Shown here: positions 60,043 to 64,000 of the stretch, piece by piece
How positions within the stretch are numbered: the first letter of the stretch is position 1
Layout: every line of letters starts with the position of its first letter
Source of the DNA: Azolla caroliniana
Taxonomy: Eukaryota; Plantae; Polypodiophyta
Assembly (NCBI GenBank): GCA_043228905.1
Contig: JBHGNT010000015.1
Coordinates: forward strand, 8,184,001-8,248,000
DNA length: 64,000 nucleotides
Reading direction: 5' to 3'
Notes under the pieces: generated by a model
What the model was told of the DNA's origin: nothing
What the model saw: the letters and a program-made list of their open reading frames with translations, nothing else
Databases searched by the model: none
Translations under genes and position numbers: made by a program

Positions 60043-63000
60043 TGTCGTGAAGAAAACCGTCCACAAGCGGAATCGGTGCGCCGGAGCATAGGAACCGGCT
60101 CTTCATAGACGTACGCCTTATGTTGTACATAGGAGATCCTAGGCAGGCAGATTCGGTAGGTAGGAAGTAAAGGGGAAACGGCTCCTTCCTTGCCTATAAA
60201 AGGAGGGAGACGCGAAGGGGCGAGGGGATCGCGGAGAGTCGAGGACGAAGTGCTGTCGGTTTGTGTGCGAAGGCTTCTCTCTCTCTCTGGTTCGCAAACT
60301 CCATAGCTTCCTTCTGTGCAGGTTTCGGGAGGCTCGCGCTGCTCTGAGGAATGCCCGAGTGCTTCCAGCAGCACCTCCAAACTACTCCTTCCTTTCTGTG
60401 CGTTTACAAACAGGTATCGGCATCTGTTCGCCGGCCTGTTCGGTTGTAACCGACTTCGTGTTTTGTTGTCTGTCTTTGTTAATACATACATACATTCGTG
60501 TCTCTCTATGTTGTTGTCCCACTCGCGTCTTTGTGTCGAAGGGCCGTGTCCCTGTGAATCTACTCTCGCACGTAGTGGGTCTCTTCTCCTTTCTCTCTTG
60601 CTCTTCGGTACAGGACCCCCGAGGTCCCGCCAAATTCCACGCATCCGTGAGGAATACCTCGACATCTTTGGTGAACCCGACGTGAAGGAGGCGGCAGAAG
60701 AGTAGAAGATGAAAGGGTCGGATCTTGCCGAGGCCATGGCTTCGGCCGTGGATTGGATATTGAGCGCACGCGAGGGCTCCGGCGCCCTCGACAGAGCCAT
60801 TGAGGCGGTCGTCGGTACGATCGGCCGGTTCAGCGGAAAGGATGCCACGAAGTATTTGGCGTCCTACGGGGCAGAAATGCTGATGCGGGACATTCCGGAA
60901 GAGAGGTGTCTTGCCGGGTTTCCTCGAGTGGCGATGCCGAGCATCCATGCGGAGGTGCTCGAGGTGCGAGCGGAGGTGCTCGAGGTGCGGGCGGAGAGCC
61001 GTACCTGGGAGGAGTTCGAAGGCCGACTCCTGGAAAAATACGGGCTGGACGACGCGCTCCGGCTTTCGAAACGAGACTTCATGGAATGGGTGGAGTCCCC
61101 CGGCAAGGGAAGAAACGTGTCGGCACTCCTCCGGGAGTTCGAAGAACGCTTTGCGCGCCTTTCGGCGCTTGACCGAACCGTTCTGGATACGAGCGGAGTC
61201 CTACTGTTCGTCAAGTCGGTGGACGAGCGGGACCGGGATCAAGTCGGCTCCTTGCTGGAAACTGAAGACAGGCTGACGACCGACTGGGCTGCGGTTAAGA
61301 GAGTCTGTGGCCATTTCGACAAATGGCGAGAATGGGCTGATAACGGGGCGGCCGGTGCGGGGTCTCTCACAGCAAGGAGGCTTGAACCGGCACCGCAAGG
61401 GCGAAGGGAAGAAACCCGGGAATGGCTCGAAACCGGTCCGGCTTCGACCGGCATGGTCAGTGGCTCGTCCGGAGGAGCAGCACTGGACGAGTTGACGCGG
61501 GCGATAAAGGATCTCCAGATCGCCCAGACTCGAAGCGAAGGCGGCGAACCGGCTCGTGACCGATGGCCGGCAGCAGGGAACAGGTGCATGTGGTGCGACG
61601 AGGTCGGCCACATCCGGAAGGACTGCGGCAATTTCGCAGAAGCGTTGAGGAACCGGGTGGTGTACGTATGGGAAGGCCGGGTGCACACCGGCGACACCAG
61701 AAGGGCCCTAAACCGAAACGACGAACGAGGAGGTATGAAGAGACTGATGGAAGAGGCAGCGGCCCGACACGTGGAGGCCATCCACTACTCGGCGTCGGCC
61801 GGCATTCGGGTCGGCAATGCTGGAAGGTCTTGCCGGCGCACGGCTAAGGAAAGACGAAACGGACCGCGCTGAGAGACGGGTCCGGGAAATAACCGGGTGG
61901 AGCGATCCGGTCGAGGAGAAGACGGGCTTCGTAGAAGCCGCCTGCCGGAACTACGAGGCTCTGGTAGAAGACAAGCGAGTGGGGAAAGCTGGAGCGGCCG
62001 GGCCCTCACAACGGTACGAGACCCGATTCGGGCAACGACGGAACGATGCCGGTGGGTCCGGCTCGCAAGATAACCCCAGGAAGGGCGTATACCGACAGGG
62101 GACGGAAATAGAAAGGACTACGGACCTACGAAAGGTCCTAGAAGAACGGATCCTCGACAACAAAGTGGAGCTGTCATTATGGGAGGTGCTAGGGATCGCC
62201 AAGAAGGAGTTCCACGACTCCATTGTGGACCTGGTGAAACGGAAGAGGCTGTTGACGGAGACGGAACCGGAAAGACCGGTGGAGGTGCGGACGACACACA
62301 TCGACGACATGGCGATAGAAGACGAGTGGGTGGAGAGCCACTATTCGAGGCTACACTGGGCCCGAGCGACCACGGAGACCCCGGTAAAGATCGGAGATGT
62401 TCAGGAACCGGTGGTGGCGTTGGTGGACCACGGTTCGGAAATAAACCTAATGTCCATGGACTTCTATAAGAAGGGAAAGTGGCCGATCAACACCAAGCAC
62501 GGGTGGAAGATACGGGCGGCGACGCGCGCCACCGAGGAATTGCACGGGGCCTGCCCGAATGTGCGAGTAAAGATCGGCGACGTCGAGATTGACCAGCACT
62601 TCTTCGTACAGGAGACGTCCTCGCACCCGGTCATATTAGGGGAACCATACATCACGACGGCGAGAATGGAGACCAAAGTGCTAGACAACGATTCGGCCTA
62701 CGCGAGGGTCAAAAGCCAGGACGGGCGCCATTCGGTCCAATTTCTGACGGTGCGGCCAAACCACGAGCGAAACCGCGAATCCCTCGGTGGCGAGAACCGG
62801 GAGGATTTTTAGAGAGGGCTGCCAAGGCGTGGGGCCGGGACAGTCCGGACACTCGGGAAAGACCCCACAACTGTACGATAGAACCGAAACCGAAGGAGCC
62901 CTGTACGATAGGTAGGAGATTTTGCTTCTCCGACAACGGAGGGTGTATGATAGTCGGCATCAGTGGCCGAGAAAAGACAAGGGCGGAAGTGCGACTTCGA

Positions 63001-64000
63001 GCGTGCGGAGTTCTCGGCCCGGACGAGGAAATCAGCGGGGCCGTGGAGGCGGTCTCCTTCGACGACACCTTGGGGATGCTGAGGAAGGTTGCCGGAGAAG
63101 ACCTTAACGAAGACCGGACGATACCGGTATGTTCCGAAGAGATGTACGAAGCCATCGCGGACTTCAGTCAAGGGCTTGAGTCGGATAGGATGGCCCGAGT
63201 TAGCACGAAGTACAAGACTGTGGACCGGAAGGTAAGGCCAGTCGCGGCACCCTTACCGGAGGGCAGCGAGTCCCGAATCAGAGGGGTTGCGTCGGACCCC
63301 AGTTTACGAGATCCGGCCTGCATAGGACACACCTTCACCGACGGAACGCTCCGAGAGCTCAAAATCGGTGGGGGCGGGTTCCTACTGCCGGCGGAGGAAG
63401 ACCGGTTTCAGAGAATGCTCGGAAGGCACGGGAAAGCCTTCGCATTCTCACCGGAAGAGATCGGCGTGGAGCCGATGGTGATATTCACGGTACCGCATGT
63501 ACCGTGGAATCTCAAGCCGATTCCAGTACCGAGAGCTCACATCCTGAAGTTGATGGAGCTATTGAGGCAGAAAGTCGATATGGGTATTCTCGAACCGTCG
63601 AGCGCGCCATACTCGAACCGATGGTTTACCGTACCAAAGAAAAACGGAACATTGCGCTTCATTCAGGACCTGCAGCCGGTCAACAGAGTGACCATCCGGA
63701 ACGCAGGAATCGGACCGACCATAGACGAGTTCGCGGAGGCCTTCGCTGGAAGGTCGATTTACTCGGTCGGTGATCTATACTCGGGGTACGACCAGTTCCA
63801 GCTAGCCGTGGAGAGCAGAGACATTACGACGATGCGAACTCCCCTCGGCCTAGTGCGAATGTGTACCCTGCCACAAGGAGGGACCAACTCGGTGGCCCAC
63901 ATGGTGAATGCAATGAACAAAGTACTGAGGGATTGCATCCCAGACATCACCATGCCGTTTCTAGACGACATCCCTATCAAGGGGTGCCCAGTGGAAGAGA
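60043..64000 (+). mobile_element. GC-rich tRNA-Trp-primed Ty3/gypsy element C (5' LTR 60043-60664, gag-PR 60709-62812, RT to the window end)
   Basis: Very similar to element B in the opposite orientation. PBS 60669-60686. A deletion frameshift lies at ~61815. RT ITMPFLDDIPIKG lies near 63960. Confidence 0.95.

Overview
Eukaryotic, plant-type genomic DNA. About 85% of the window is nested LTR retrotransposons around one intact host gene, a 15-exon TFIIH p52 subunit (TFB2/GTF2H4, 27410-32466, +, ~462 aa) that is followed by a 6 x 96-bp tandem array. The left block (1-26.9 kb) holds Tnt1/Tork-like Ty1/copia elements, Tcn1/Tf1-type chromoviruses (one nested in another, the outer one internally inverted), a solo LTR and a relic of an accessory ORF. 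The right block (34.8-64 kb) is a five-layer nest: copia > copia > GC-rich tRNA-Trp-primed Ty3/gypsy > Athila/Tat-like element with a long extra ORF > another Trp-primed gypsy. It also contains a pol-less non-autonomous derivative. The element mix suggests a non-seed land plant (inference). The most unusual signals are: a tRNA-like A-box/B-box module shared by two unrelated LTR families; 4-bp target sites centred on CG for the TGTCG..CGACA family; inversions pivoting on a self-priming PBS motif; two distinct -1 frameshift cassettes; and a 10-bp collapsed-LTR footprint. All calls were made by eye, without database searches, and family names come from recalled motifs.
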